DNA of 64,000 nucleotides from the NCBI GenBank assembly GCA_964383635.1, contig CAYLIG010000003.1, positions 32,097 through 96,096 of the forward strand. The letters run 5' to 3'. Positions within the stretch are counted from its first letter, which is position 1. Each line of letters opens with the position of its first letter. The stretch is from an uncultured Christensenella sp. (GTDB lineage Bacteria; Bacillota; Clostridia; Christensenellales; CAG-138). Positions 1 to 10,035 of this stretch are shown piece after piece. The notes below the pieces were generated by a model. The model ran no database searches and was not told where the DNA came from. It saw only the letters and a program-made list of their open reading frames with translations. The translations under genes and the position numbers were made by a program.

Positions 1-402
1 GGAATCGACGAGCCACGGCGCGGAGAAGTCGATCTCCGCCTCGCGATCGAGGCGCATGTTCATGTTCGCCGCAATGAAGTCGACCTTGCCCGTGTTGACC
101 GCGGTCAGCATGGCGGACCATTCCAAGATTTCCCATTTCACCGTAACGCCCAGTTGTTCGGCAAAACCGTTGACCAAATCGGGAATGAATCCTGTCGGTG
201 CATCAGATCCTGCATCGGTAAAGCAGATGTTCTCGATTGTCGGGTCTACGCCAACCGTCATATATCCTCTTTCGAGAATACGGTCATATGACGTCTGCGT
301 CTGCGTCGCCTCTGTGGAGCTCGCTGCAGTCGAGCAGCCTGCGAGCAGTGCGGCCATCATTGCCACAATCAGCAATGCAGCGATGATCTTGTTCTTTTTC
401 AT
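1..402 (-). CDS. Amino-acid ABC transporter substrate-binding lipoprotein (5' part; continues beyond the window start; not in the ORF track)
   Basis: Manual translation from ATG at 402: MKKNKIIAALLIVAMMAALLAGCSTAASS...YDRILERGYMTVGVDPT...GFIPDLVNGFAEQLGVTVKWEILEWSAMLTAVNTGKVDFIAANM. Lipobox LAGC, SBP family 3 pattern, GGAGG upstream. Confidence 0.88.
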   Translation of the reverse strand, partial: MKKNKIIAALLIVAMMAALLAGCSTAASSTEATQTQTSYDRILERGYMTVGVDPTIENICFTDAGSDAPTGFIPDLVNGFAEQLGVTVKWEILEWSAMLTAVNTGKVDFIAANMNMRLDREAEIDFSAPWLVDS

Positions 403-428
403 TGTGCGTTCCTCCCATAAATTTCTAT

Positions 429-666
429 TTATTCGAAGCAGATGTTTGCCAACTGCTGGAATACAGATTCGTCTTTTTATTCGAAGCAACCGTTTGGTGA
501 CTGCTGAAATACAGATCTGTCTTTTATTCGAAGCAGATGTTTGCCAACTGCTGGAATACAAATCCGTCTTTTTATTCGAAGCAGCCGTTTGATGACTGCT
601 GGAATACAGATCCGTCTTTTATTCGAAGCAGCCGTTTGGCGACTGCTGGAATACAGATTCGTCTTT
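429..666. repeat. Tandem array of five 47-48 bp units (TTATTCGAAGCAg.cGTTTG..gACTGCTGGAATACAGAT.CGTCTTT)
   Basis: Units start at 429, 477, 524, 572 and 619. They are contiguous with no unique spacers. Units 1 and 3 share a variant centre (GATGTTTGCCA). Confidence 0.95.
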
Positions 667-729
667 CTATGTTCGGTTCTGCTGCAATTTCATCCAATGA
701 ACGGCATTCGCTTACCTGCCTTGGCTGTT

Positions 730-1884
730 TTATTTGGCATGCCGTGTGATAAAGGTGCACAGGCGTTCCACGCCGCCGCAAAGCATATCGTAGGGGGTTC
801 CATAGGAGATGCGAACCATCTGTTCGGCAGACTTTCCAAACGTTCCTCCGGGTGCGACCGCAACCTTTTCCTCCTCCAGCAACTTCAAGGCAAAATCCAG
901 TGAATCCATCTTGCAGGAGGATATGTCGAGCATGATATAAAACGCGCCTTTGGGAATGACGACGGGAATCTGCGCCTGCTGCAAAAGCGCAATCGCGGCA
1001 TCCCTGCGCCTGCGATACTCTTTTACGCTCTCCGTCACAAAATCCTGCGGCCCTCGAATCGCCGCCTCCGTAGCAACCTGTGCAAAGGAGACCGCGTTTC
1101 CAATCAGCATGACCATCACCTGATTGATCAACGACACGATCGGCTTTGACGCGATGGCATATCCGATTCGCCAGCCGGTCATTGCATATTTTTTGGATGC
1201 GCCGGAGATCAATATCACGCGTCCGTCCTTGTCCAGCGGATAAAAGGAAGTGTGTTCTCCTTCGTAAATCAGGAAATCATAAATCTCGTCCGCGATGATG
1301 TACAGATCGTACTCGACCGCGAGGTTCATAATCATCTCCACCGTCTCGCGGCTGAATACGCCGCCGGTCGGGTTGCCAGGCGTGTTCACCATGATCGCCT
1401 TTGTTTTCGGAGTAATGCAGCGCACGAGCTCCTCGCGCGTCGGCTCAAATCCGTTTTCCTGCTTCATCACGTAATATCGCGGTACAAGACGGTTGCTCAA
1501 CACGCACATGCTGTAAACAGGCCAGCTTGGATCCGGAACGAGCACTTCGTCCCCGGGATCGCAGATGGAACGCAACGTTGCCTCGATCGCCATCACCGCT
1601 CCTCCTGTGACGACAACCTGCTCATACTCCACCTTGCAGCCCAATTTGTTCGTAAAATCCTCCGCAATGGCCTCTCGAACGGATTTGATGCCCGGAACAG
1701 CGGTATATTTCGTAACGCCGTCCAGCATTGCCTGATACGCCGCGTCACAGATGTGTTTAGGTGTCTTGAAGCTCGGTTCTCCCGTTTCCAGGCGGAACGC
1801 GCCGGGAATATAACGCGCAGCTTCCTGAAGCTTTCGAATGCCCGATTCCGGAAGATTGCTGATCGTGCCGGATAATTGTTTCAT
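730..1884 (-). CDS. PLP-dependent aminotransferase class I/II (aspartate aminotransferase-like)
   Basis: Motifs GEPSF, NTPGNPTG, ADEIY, SGASKKYAMTGWRIG (PLP Lys). Start MKQLSG follows GGAGG. Confidence 0.93.
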   Translation of the reverse strand: MKQLSGTISNLPESGIRKLQEAARYIPGAFRLETGEPSFKTPKHICDAAYQAMLDGVTKYTAVPGIKSVREAIAEDFTNKLGCKVEYEQVVVTGGAVMAIEATLRSICDPGDEVLVPDPSWPVYSMCVLSNRLVPRYYVMKQENGFEPTREELVRCITPKTKAIMVNTPGNPTGGVFSRETVEMIMNLAVEYDLYIIADEIYDFLIYEGEHTSFYPLDKDGRVILISGASKKYAMTGWRIGYAIASKPIVSLINQVMVMLIGNAVSFAQVATEAAIRGPQDFVTESVKEYRRRRDAAIALLQQAQIPVVIPKGAFYIMLDISSCKMDSLDFALKLLEEEKVAVAPGGTFGKSAEQMVRISYGTPYDMLCGGVERLCTFITRHAK

Positions 1885-2000
1885 CTCTGGTTGCCTCCAA
1901 GTAGTATTACACTTCGTCTCTCTGTTGATCGGAACAGAGAGCATTAGAATTCTTTTTTCAGCGGGTCATCTGCAACTGCGCCGGCAGGCCGGGCATTCGT

Positions 2001-2768
2001 TTAATACAGCCTCTCCCGCATACGGAATGCGGCGTCCTGCAAGATTCCGGCAAATTCCTGTATCTTTTTCTCGGTAAAGTTTGCCATCGGGCCGGAAATG
2101 CTTGTACCCGCAATCAACTTCCCGTGTGAATTGTAAACGGGAACGCCTACGCACCGCAGACCCGGTTCGCGCCCGCCGTCATCAATCGCATATCCACGAT
2201 CCTTGCAAACTTGCAAGTCCGAGATGATCTGGTCATAATCCGTCACGGTCTGCGCAGTATACGGTTTGCGTTCCTTTGTAATCCGATCCGGCCATTCCTC
2301 CTCTGAAAAGGAGGAAAGCATCGCTTTTCCGATTCCGGTGCAGTACATCGGCGCGGTTTCACCCAGTATTTCACGATATGGCATAACGCTGAGCCTTGCT
2401 CTCGGGTGGATGACATACAGATACAGCACCATATCGCGGTACGGAATGCCAAAGTACACGATTTCACCGCACCGCCAGCTGATATCCTGCAAAACATCGT
2501 AAACCGCTCTCGGATAGCCAAGATGTTCGTTCACGATGAATGAATACTGCAGCATTTTCAGTCCAAGGCAGTATTTCCCGCTTTCTTTCTGCTCGATATA
2601 CCCCATCTGCATAAGTGTTGTTACAATATTGTGCACATTGCTTTTATTCAGTTCGAGCATTTCAGCGATGCGGGAAATGCCTAATTCAGGCTCGTCGACA
2701 GAGAAACACTCCAAAATGCGCATTGCCTTTGCAAGGGATTTCACTTTTAAGTCTTCCTGAATATCCAT
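2001..2768 (-). CDS. IclR-family transcriptional regulator
   Basis: N-terminal HTH (SLAKAMRILE...GISRIA...NKSNVHNIVTTL); C-terminal CTGIGKA and GYAID...GLRCVGVPV motifs. Confidence 0.93.
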   Translation of the reverse strand: MDIQEDLKVKSLAKAMRILECFSVDEPELGISRIAEMLELNKSNVHNIVTTLMQMGYIEQKESGKYCLGLKMLQYSFIVNEHLGYPRAVYDVLQDISWRCGEIVYFGIPYRDMVLYLYVIHPRARLSVMPYREILGETAPMYCTGIGKAMLSSFSEEEWPDRITKERKPYTAQTVTDYDQIISDLQVCKDRGYAIDDGGREPGLRCVGVPVYNSHGKLIAGTSISGPMANFTEKKIQEFAGILQDAAFRMRERLY

Positions 2769-2991
2769 AAATCCTCTCCGTTGCTATAAAATATTTATGA
2801 ATACAATGATCGCATTTTTATGTCTTCGGATCAAGTTGCCAAAGGTTTTGAAGGTTACCTTTGAGTTTTATTTTTTTGTTTGCGTTTATGACTTTTGATT
2901 AGTCCGTTGAGGTTTTTAAGAATTTTAGTCTTTTGTTTGTCGTTTTTGTTCTCTATTGTAGAACGCTGTTCTCTATGTACTTCACGCGTTT

Positions 2992-3021
2992 AATATATCA
3001 TTACTCAATTCCGAATGTCAA
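2992..3021 (-). promoter_or_regulatory. Probable sigma-A promoter for iclR-aminotransferase-SBP
   Basis: Minus strand TTGACA-N18-TATATT with TG at the extended -10 position. Confidence 0.55.
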
Positions 3022-3110
3022 TATGTTGAAAACTGTTTTTAGGTTGTTCCGTGATTGTATTTCGCGCCGTTTTCAGATCTGTCACCCAGCGTCATTCTAA
3101 GCAGCGAAAC

Positions 3111-3146
3111 GGAGAAGAAGCCATCCGTTTGGATGGCTTCTTCTCC
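3111..3146 (-). terminator. Intrinsic terminator/hairpin downstream of the cupin gene
   Basis: Perfect 16-bp inverted repeat GGAGAAGAAGCCATCC-gttt-GGATGGCTTCTTCTCC. Confidence 0.7.
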
Positions 3147-3227
3147 ATTCGCCTGTTTGCCGCCATATCGCAAGCGGCTTTGAGTCCGTAAGATTGGATC
3201 CGCCCGGCGGTTATAATCCGTGGTACT

Positions 3228-3986
3228 TCAGTCGATTTCCGGCTTGTCCTCCCAGTGCGGATTCGTTACGATATAGTCTTTTTCCTGCACATAGTGCTCA
3301 AACCAAATATAATGAACGACTTTCCCTGCGTCCGCGTAGAGCTGGTGCGCTTTGCCCGCCTCGACATAGCTGATATCACCGGGCTTTTGTGTAATTTCTT
3401 CGCCCTCTACATTCAGTTTCATATCCGCGCCGTCCAGAATGATATTCCACTGCGCAACGGCGGGATGTCCGTCTTCAAACGTTCCGCCGCCGACACTGGA
3501 CTTGCACACGCCCATCAGGCAGCGGTTCAGGCGCTTTGTTGCAAGAACCGTCCAGCTTTGTGTACCTTCCGTCTTGCAGGACTGGCAATATTCCTGCGCA
3601 AGGCTGATCGGCAGAAAGTATGGCAGGGCAATGTGGAATTTTCTATAGACTTCCATGTCGCTGTCCGTCAAATCGACAACCAGCTTCGTATAGACCAGGT
3701 CGGTCGTCGCATGAATCGAGAACGCCTCCCCCAGCTCAGCAATGAAGAAAGACAGCTCCGTGATATTGAACGCCTTTTTAGGCGTCGTAATATAACCGGC
3801 TCCGTTTGTAAAAGACAGAATCTGATGCGCCTTGTTATATGTCTCCGGTGTTATCGTCGTGCCCGCCTTAATCGCGCAGCGAAACACCCTTATCATTGGG
3901 TAAATATCCTCCAAGACCTGTGTTTCAGCATAACCGTCTTTAAAATTTAAAACGATATCGCCGTTCTTCACATTTGCAATTGCCAT
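3228..3986 (-). CDS. Cupin-fold (RmlC-like) protein, probably bicupin
   Basis: C-terminal cupin motif (HPAVAQWNIIL.G...GDISYVEAGKAH); last gene of a co-oriented run. Confidence 0.7.
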   Translation of the reverse strand: MAIANVKNGDIVLNFKDGYAETQVLEDIYPMIRVFRCAIKAGTTITPETYNKAHQILSFTNGAGYITTPKKAFNITELSFFIAELGEAFSIHATTDLVYTKLVVDLTDSDMEVYRKFHIALPYFLPISLAQEYCQSCKTEGTQSWTVLATKRLNRCLMGVCKSSVGGGTFEDGHPAVAQWNIILDGADMKLNVEGEEITQKPGDISYVEAGKAHQLYADAGKVVHYIWFEHYVQEKDYIVTNPHWEDKPEID

Positions 3987-4011
3987 TTTCTCTTCTCCCC
4001 AGTTCTATATT

Positions 4012-5166
4012 TTAGTAACGTCCATACGTTTGTACGGCATACATCGCAGCGCGCAGGCTGGTAAGTTTTGTGCCGAAATTCACCGATCCCGCCGCGTCTA
4101 TTTTCAAACCGCGGGTATTCAGCGCCTTTGCCATTTCGCAATCGCGTCTGGTTTCGGCTATGATCTTCTCTTCTTCATTATTCATCAGGTGCATCGGATC
4201 GAGACATCCGTCAACACGCGTATTCGGCATATATTTCCGAATCTGATCCAGTAAAACAGTCGGTCCAAACTGAACCGCCGTCAGATCAAGCCTCGACAGC
4301 ACGGGAATCAGATGTGCCATGGCCGAATCGGAGTGCTGATAGCGGCAGTACACGTCCCTATCGGGACAGGTCGCTTCGAAAATCCGCTTCAGCACGGGAA
4401 ACGCAAATTCTTCATATAATTCTTCCGTCAGCAGACTGCAGTTATCGTCATTGAAACGGAACGCATAATGATTCTTTCGAATCTTCTCTATCCCCGCTTC
4501 CTCTTCAAATATCCTGACATACCCCATGATCACATTCGATATGGCGTCAAAGAAGCGATGCGCAAGCTCCGGCTCGTCATACATTAAAAATATTGTGTTT
4601 TCAATTCCGAATATCGACATGGCAAGCGTTACAGGGCCGCGAACGCGGCGCCCATACCAATAAGGATCGGGCGTTTCGCCGGTCTCTTCGAAGATTCTCT
4701 TTTTTTCAGCATCCCAGTTAGCCGGCAAAATAAACCGCCGTAAATCCGGCAATAGCCGATCCACGCGATCAAGCGTTTGTTCCAGTTCTTCCGGCGTTTT
4801 GATGTCGCTGTGCAGCCATGTTACATGATCGCGTTCAGCATACACGCCGCCAAAAACTTCCCCGTGCAGCTTAACGGCAGGAAATTTCAGATGCGGCTTT
4901 TGCTCTTCCCGCATGATTCGCTTTCCAATAATCATTTCAGCTTTGTCGTTGTAGCGTTTGCGGTATTCCGTCATCTTGTCAGGCGCGATTTTGCTCCAGG
5001 GATGCAACCCCAGCTCAAGCTCGGTGATCACGCATTCATCCAGAACGTCGATGCCAAACGCCACCTGGGGCGCTCCTTCATAAAAGCAATTATCTCGCAT
5101 GGCAAGATCGTTATCTTTCCAGAATTGCTCGACGTCTAGTTCAGGATATCTCAGGCTTTCTCCCAT
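4012..5166 (-). CDS. Uroporphyrinogen decarboxylase / MtaA-like TIM-barrel family protein
   Basis: RGPVTLAMSIFGIEN..FLMYDEPELAH, FNDDNCSLL..ELYEEFAFP, HSDS, DGCLDP pattern typical of clostridial URO-D-family proteins. Confidence 0.75.
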   Translation of the reverse strand: MGESLRYPELDVEQFWKDNDLAMRDNCFYEGAPQVAFGIDVLDECVITELELGLHPWSKIAPDKMTEYRKRYNDKAEMIIGKRIMREEQKPHLKFPAVKLHGEVFGGVYAERDHVTWLHSDIKTPEELEQTLDRVDRLLPDLRRFILPANWDAEKKRIFEETGETPDPYWYGRRVRGPVTLAMSIFGIENTIFLMYDEPELAHRFFDAISNVIMGYVRIFEEEAGIEKIRKNHYAFRFNDDNCSLLTEELYEEFAFPVLKRIFEATCPDRDVYCRYQHSDSAMAHLIPVLSRLDLTAVQFGPTVLLDQIRKYMPNTRVDGCLDPMHLMNNEEEKIIAETRRDCEMAKALNTRGLKIDAAGSVNFGTKLTSLRAAMYAVQTYGRY

Positions 5167-5167
5167 A

Positions 5168-6007
5168 TCATTCCTCCGCATAATGCTCCAGCGCGCGAAA
5201 CGAGCGCTCGCTGGCAATTTGGGGTTCTTTAAAATATTGTTCGTGGGTTATCTCCAGACCCAGCGGTCCTTCATACCCGTGTTGATTGATGCAGCAAAGC
5301 ATGTCTTCAAGGGGAAGCACGCCGTCCCCCCACGCAAGATGGCCGGACGGCGCGGCGTCGACAAAATGCATGTTGCTGATATCTTTACCGAAAACATCAA
5401 ACCAGTCCCAAATCGTTTCATGGTTGACGGCCATGGCCGTCGTATCGATCATCGGTTTGCAGTTCGGCATATCGACCTCTTCAAGCAACCGTTTGACGTC
5501 GTATACGGTAACCCCGATCTTCGTTTCGGGAGGCCGAAGGCTTTCTACACACAGCGTAATTCCAAGCCTTTGGCACACGTTTGAAACCCTGAACAGCATG
5601 TCCTGAGACCTTGCCCAGGCTTCCTCGCGCGGTTCATTTATGTATCCGGTTCCGGAGCTTGCGCTCATCAGCGTAACGCCGAGATCCGCGCAGATTTGAG
5701 CGCCGTTTGTGAAATAGTTCAGCGTTTGCTTCCTGTGGTCTTCCCCACAAACGCCGAACTGGTATATCGGATGTCCGGCCGCGGCGGTAAACGACGTACA
5801 TTTCAAATGATGCGCGCGCAATTTTCGCGATAACGCCTGAACGTCCTGATATCCGTAACTGTCTATATGAAAATGCGGCGGGCCGGCCCAAAATGCCACG
5901 GCGCTATAACCGATACGTTCCACCGTGTCAAAAAAAAAGTCCAGTGAATATTGCTTATAATGCCAGTTCATCGCCGCAATTTGATCTCGCTTTATTGTCG
6001 GACTCAT
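5168..6007 (-). CDS. Sugar-phosphate isomerase/epimerase (AP-endonuclease-2 TIM barrel), FrlC-like
   Basis: WAGPPH, VESLRPPE, MIDT, HFVD, GHLAWGDG.LPL, GYEG.LGLE match the metal-binding pattern of the fructoselysine 3-epimerase family. Confidence 0.82.
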   Translation of the reverse strand: MSPTIKRDQIAAMNWHYKQYSLDFFFDTVERIGYSAVAFWAGPPHFHIDSYGYQDVQALSRKLRAHHLKCTSFTAAAGHPIYQFGVCGEDHRKQTLNYFTNGAQICADLGVTLMSASSGTGYINEPREEAWARSQDMLFRVSNVCQRLGITLCVESLRPPETKIGVTVYDVKRLLEEVDMPNCKPMIDTTAMAVNHETIWDWFDVFGKDISNMHFVDAAPSGHLAWGDGVLPLEDMLCCINQHGYEGPLGLEITHEQYFKEPQIASERSFRALEHYAEE

Positions 6008-6855
6008 CCCAACGCCTCCGACGCAAGACATTCCGAAATCGCCTTGTAATTCCTCCGGTCTGCTTCAAGCGGATCCTGAAGATATTTCGCAGCGTTCATA
6101 CGCAGCCCGAAAGGCCCGTGATACGCCGACTGTCTGATCTTTTTCATGCATTTTCCCAGCGGAAGAATCCCATCCCCCCATAGATATCGCGTTTTGCCGG
6201 TTCTCGCATCGCTGAGATATACCAATCCAATCCTGTCGCCAAATCCGTCCAGCCATTGCTCAATGGTTTCTCCGTTTTCGTTCAGTGCTACGGTATCCAG
6301 TGCGACAGTTAACAGCGGATGATTCACCTCCGCCACTAAATCTCCAACAGACTGCAAATCGTTCAAAATGGGGCCTTCGCTTTTGCAAAGGGCATTCACG
6401 CAGATCGTAACGCGATGCTGCTCAGCCTTTTGGCAGAGTTGTTTCAGGCGCTCGGCGGCACGCTTGCGGGAACGATTTTTGTCCTCGTCGCGCCAAGCGC
6501 CAGCAGGTGTGATTGAAAGCATGCTGGCACCGAGGATAGTTGCAGCGCAGAGACAATTTTCAAAATAACGCATCGCGTATTCCGCGCGAAAACTGTCTTC
6601 CGTGTTCAGCAGGAAACGGTTCGTCGTATATTCGGCGGTTATGACGGCGGCTTTCAGCTCGTTTTCGTCAAGATTTCTTTCCAGCAGATCGAGTCCTTCG
6701 CATCCATGATCGTTCATCCAAACGTGCGGCGGCGCCGCCCAAAGGTTGACCGAGCGATATCCAAGTTTTTTTTGCTGGTTCAGGAAAACCTGCAATGGAT
6801 AGTAGATATAGTGTTCGTTGCTCGGAAGACATTGCCGAATGAAATCCCGATCCAT
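6004..6855 (-). CDS. FrlC-like TIM-barrel paralogue with substituted metal ligands
   Basis: Same scaffold (WAAPPH, ALDT, WGDGILPL) but VNAL, VYLSD, RYLW, GLR at positions that are E, H, H, E in the neighbour. 4-nt overlap with the next gene. Confidence 0.78.
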   Translation of the reverse strand: MDRDFIRQCLPSNEHYIYYPLQVFLNQQKKLGYRSVNLWAAPPHVWMNDHGCEGLDLLERNLDENELKAAVITAEYTTNRFLLNTEDSFRAEYAMRYFENCLCAATILGASMLSITPAGAWRDEDKNRSRKRAAERLKQLCQKAEQHRVTICVNALCKSEGPILNDLQSVGDLVAEVNHPLLTVALDTVALNENGETIEQWLDGFGDRIGLVYLSDARTGKTRYLWGDGILPLGKCMKKIRQSAYHGPFGLRMNAAKYLQDPLEADRRNYKAISECLASEALG

Positions 6856-6888
6856 GTTACGCCTCTTGGTTTACTTTCTTTGGGCAGC

Positions 6889-6924
6889 GGGTTGGTTGAT
6901 CCGCATACGCGGATCAACCAACCC
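6889..6924 (-). other. Intra-operon hairpin downstream of the SBP gene
   Basis: Perfect 16-bp inverted repeat GGGTTGGTTGATCCGC-atac-GCGGATCAACCAACCC; no U-tract on the minus strand. Confidence 0.7.
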
Positions 6925-6943
6925 TTCCCCGTTCGTCCAGCGA

Positions 6944-7933
6944 TTAATTTGCGTTCTTCGCCATGTATGCTTCCAGAACCTCTGCGTTCTCGCACATAGC
7001 GATTGCTTTGTCTTCAAGTTCTTCAAACGTGCCGTCGCTGCGAATCTGCGTGAGCACTTCATCGATCAGAGCAACAAAGTCCTCGTTCCCTTTCGGTACG
7101 CAATACGCCGCGCCGGGGTCTTTTGTCAGGTCGACGTTATAGCTCAAAGCCAGGTCATACATCAACTCCGGGTTGGCTGCGACATAGAGAATCGCGGTTT
7201 TTTCATTCATCAGGAATGCATCGGCTTTGCCGGTCAGAACCGCAACCAGAACATCCGCCTGCTTCTCAAGCGAAAGAACGGTGCACTTGGGGTACTGAGC
7301 GATCAGTCCGCTCTCGTTGGTCGTCCCTTTTACAACGGCAACCGTAACGCCTTCCAGCCCGTTGGCCGGATCCCAGATGGCCTCACCCGCACGCGAGGTC
7401 AGATAACCGACCGTCTGCAGCGAACGGTGATACGCCTGCGAGAAATCGTAGTTTTCTTTGCGCTCCGGCGTCGGAGAAAGTGTCGGCATGCAGTCCAGCT
7501 GTCCGGCCTGCAGTGCAGCCAGGCCGCCCTGCACGGTAAAGATGTTGATCGTCTGTTCAACATCGATTCCAAGATACTGGCCGATACGCTGTGCAATCAA
7601 ATCGGTCATCCAAACTTCAAAACCGACGATCGTATCCTTTCCGTCCACGGTAAGGTGGAACTGTTGCGGCGGCTTCTGGGCTGTGTATCCAACCTGAAAC
7701 GTTCCGGTCTTAAGAATGTTCTTCATAATCGGGCCAAGAGAATTCTCGTTGCCATCCCAGACAAGACCGTCGGTCTGTTCCGGGGCGGCTGTTTCTTCAG
7801 CCACCGCGGTTGCTTCCGCAGCTACGGGTTCCTGCGTTACGACCGCTTCTTCTTCGGTGGTTGCGGGTGCTGCACAGCCAACGACGCAAAGCGCCATTGC
7901 CAGAACAAGGATGATGGATAGTACTCTTTTCAT
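6944..7933 (-). CDS. Amino-acid ABC transporter substrate-binding lipoprotein
   Basis: Lipobox VVGC, Ala/Glu/Thr-rich linker, SBP family 3 motifs (GFEV, LQAGQLD, TPERKENYDFSQAY, VAVVKGTT). Confidence 0.9.
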   Translation of the reverse strand: MKRVLSIILVLAMALCVVGCAAPATTEEEAVVTQEPVAAEATAVAEETAAPEQTDGLVWDGNENSLGPIMKNILKTGTFQVGYTAQKPPQQFHLTVDGKDTIVGFEVWMTDLIAQRIGQYLGIDVEQTINIFTVQGGLAALQAGQLDCMPTLSPTPERKENYDFSQAYHRSLQTVGYLTSRAGEAIWDPANGLEGVTVAVVKGTTNESGLIAQYPKCTVLSLEKQADVLVAVLTGKADAFLMNEKTAILYVAANPELMYDLALSYNVDLTKDPGAAYCVPKGNEDFVALIDEVLTQIRSDGTFEELEDKAIAMCENAEVLEAYMAKNAN

Positions 7934-7983
7934 TGTTATTCCTCCCTTTATTTTAAGCAGTGTTTATCACGACTGCTCCAGGT

Positions 7984-8907
7984 CTAGTTCGAAATTACCG
8001 ACATATAAGGCATCTTTGATACATAATTGCGGATAATCTCTTCCAGCAAGCGGATGACCGAGTCCTGCGCGTTGCCATTGATCAGCGTCACTTGAAACGT
8101 TGTGATCTGCGGCACATTGGAATTCGCAATTCGAAACACCTTGCATCTGTCCCTGCGCTCGCATTCCAGCGCTACGGAAGCGGGAACGATCGCCCAACTT
8201 CCCGGCGTGTACATCAATTGCGGCAGGGAGAATACGGCATTGCAGAACAAACGTATATTCAGTCCGCTGCCAAACGTCTGGTCGTGCCACCTTGCAAACT
8301 CGTTTCCCCATGTAAACGACATGAATATTTCATGGTCGCTGTCCAGCGCTTCGACTTCGATCGAATCGCCCGAATAGCATGTGTTCTCAGGCGCCACAAC
8401 CAAAAACTCTTCCGAAAAAATCGGCTTCATGGCTAAGTTTCGATTGCGCAATGGATTGCGCATATAGGCGACATTGAGATACCCGCTTTCCAGCAGCTGG
8501 TTGCATCGCTCCGAGTTGTGGCTTTCCCAGCGCAGAATGTTTTTACCGAACTTCTCCGCAATGCCGGTGATCGCCTCAAGGATAATCGGTCCAAACAAAA
8601 AGCTGTTCAGGCTGTCGTGAGAACCGACGCTGAAAGACTTTTTAAATCTTTCATGTGTAAAGTCTTCAATTTCTTTTAGGACGCTCTCCCAGTGATAGGC
8701 GATCGGAACAAACTTTTCGCCTTCGGAAGTCAGAACGATTTCCTTGTGTCCTCTTTTGCGAATCAGCAGTTGCGCACCCAGTTCTTCTTCGAGCGTATTG
8801 AGGCGATGGCTGACCGTCGATTGGCTGATAAACAGATTTTCAGCGGCGCGTGAAATACTCCTTAGTTTAACGACCTCAAGAAACGCGCTAATTTGTGCAT
8901 AAGTCAT
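7984..8907 (-). CDS. LysR-family transcriptional regulator
   Basis: SISRAAENLFISQSTVSHRLNTLEEELGAQLLIR...LTSEG LysR HTH. Confidence 0.93.
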   Translation of the reverse strand: MTYAQISAFLEVVKLRSISRAAENLFISQSTVSHRLNTLEEELGAQLLIRKRGHKEIVLTSEGEKFVPIAYHWESVLKEIEDFTHERFKKSFSVGSHDSLNSFLFGPIILEAITGIAEKFGKNILRWESHNSERCNQLLESGYLNVAYMRNPLRNRNLAMKPIFSEEFLVVAPENTCYSGDSIEVEALDSDHEIFMSFTWGNEFARWHDQTFGSGLNIRLFCNAVFSLPQLMYTPGSWAIVPASVALECERRDRCKVFRIANSNVPQITTFQVTLINGNAQDSVIRLLEEIIRNYVSKMPYMSVISN

Positions 8908-9381
8908 GATTACCACCTTCCGAAAAGTACAAGAAGATCAGAGTTGGAGCTTGCCCTCAGCTGCGTTGTTAAGTGCATTATAGTCGTGAATATTTGCTTT
9001 GTAAACGAAACTACATATGAAACGTTTTTGGTAATATATTAATTATTTTCATAATATGATTTTTAGGCGTTCTACGCATTCATGAATAAACTTCAGATAT
9101 GTCCGTCTGTAACATTCGAATTTTTTCCCATTTTATCAGGATAATTGAAAACAGTTTCATTGCGTTGAATATGCAATTCATTAATATATAAATCAATTTA
9201 ATTCGCTTTCATTATTCATTGTCTTTCTATATAATCGTAGAACGTGAGTAATTCACCGCAGTGTAATTCGTGAAGCTTTCCGTCGCTTTCTATCCTATAT
9301 TCAGTGTTTTATCTCACGCCGTTCACCTTTTAAAAAGACGTTCGAAAATCGATCTATTCATATAATTGGAGGTGCAATCAA

Positions 9382-10035
9382 TTGTTCAGCATCCTGAAGT
9401 TCACAACCATTTTTAAGTACATGAACTACTTCTGGATGGGCCTTGGATTAACGCTTAAGCTTTCCTTAGTCGTTGTTGTCTTTGGCCTGGTCTGCGGTTT
9501 GTTCATCGGCCTGATGCGTATGTCCAAGCTCAAGCCGCTCTCCCTCATCGCCGCCTTCTATATCAACTTTATCCGCGGCACGCCAATGTTGGTTCAAATC
9601 TATCTGGTTTATTACGGCCTTCCGCTTGGACTGAATAATTTCTGGTCGGGCGTGGTGGCAATGACCGTGCACAGCAGCGCCTATATCGCCGAAATCATCC
9701 GAAGCGGTATTCAGTCCGTCGACAAGGGGCAAATGGAAGCGGCTCGCAGCCTTGGTATGTCAAAGGCAATGGGCATGATTTTAACGGTCATTCCGCAGGC
9801 CATCAAAAACATTCTCCCGGCTCTTTGCAGCCAATTCGTCGTCATTATTAAAAACACTTCCCTGGTATCCGTCATCGGTATGCAGGAGTTGATGTATCAG
9901 ACGGACACGGTTCGCAGCATCACCTATCTTTCCTTTGAACCGCTCATCATTGCGGCTTTGCTGTACTTCGTACTTGGCTACGGCATTAACTTCCTGGTTG
10001 GCATTCTCGAAAGGAGATTGAAAAACAGTGATTAA
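9382..10035 (+). CDS. Polar amino-acid ABC transporter permease
   Basis: [38 protein letters not shown] (EAA motif), PQA. TTG start after GGAGG. Confidence 0.95.
   Translation: MFSILKFTTIFKYMNYFWMGLGLTLKLSLVVVVFGLVCGLFIGLMRMSKLKPLSLIAAFYINFIRGTPMLVQIYLVYYGLPLGLNNFWSGVVAMTVHSSAYIAEIIRSGIQSVDKGQMEAARSLGMSKAMGMILTVIPQAIKNILPALCSQFVVIIKNTSLVSVIGMQELMYQTDTVRSITYLSFEPLIIAALLYFVLGYGINFLVGILERRLKNSD

Noticed and set aside
429-666. Possible CRISPR array
   Set aside because: Units are contiguous and near-identical over their whole length, with no unique spacers and no cas genes in the window.
56-903. ORFs 56..592, 537..749 and 541..903 on the + strand
   Set aside because: Shadows of the minus-strand SBP and aminotransferase genes and of the tandem repeat; their repetitive peptides simply reflect the DNA repeat.
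2948-3041. Imperfect palindromes (AGAAC-gct-GTTCT; TGAAAAC-T-GTTTTTA) as IclR operators
   Set aside because: Short and imperfect in very A/T-rich DNA; could arise by chance.
9000-9380. Possible T-box leader before the amino-acid ABC permease
   Set aside because: No AGGGTGGNACCGCG T-box motif or terminator; more simply a LysR-controlled divergent promoter region.
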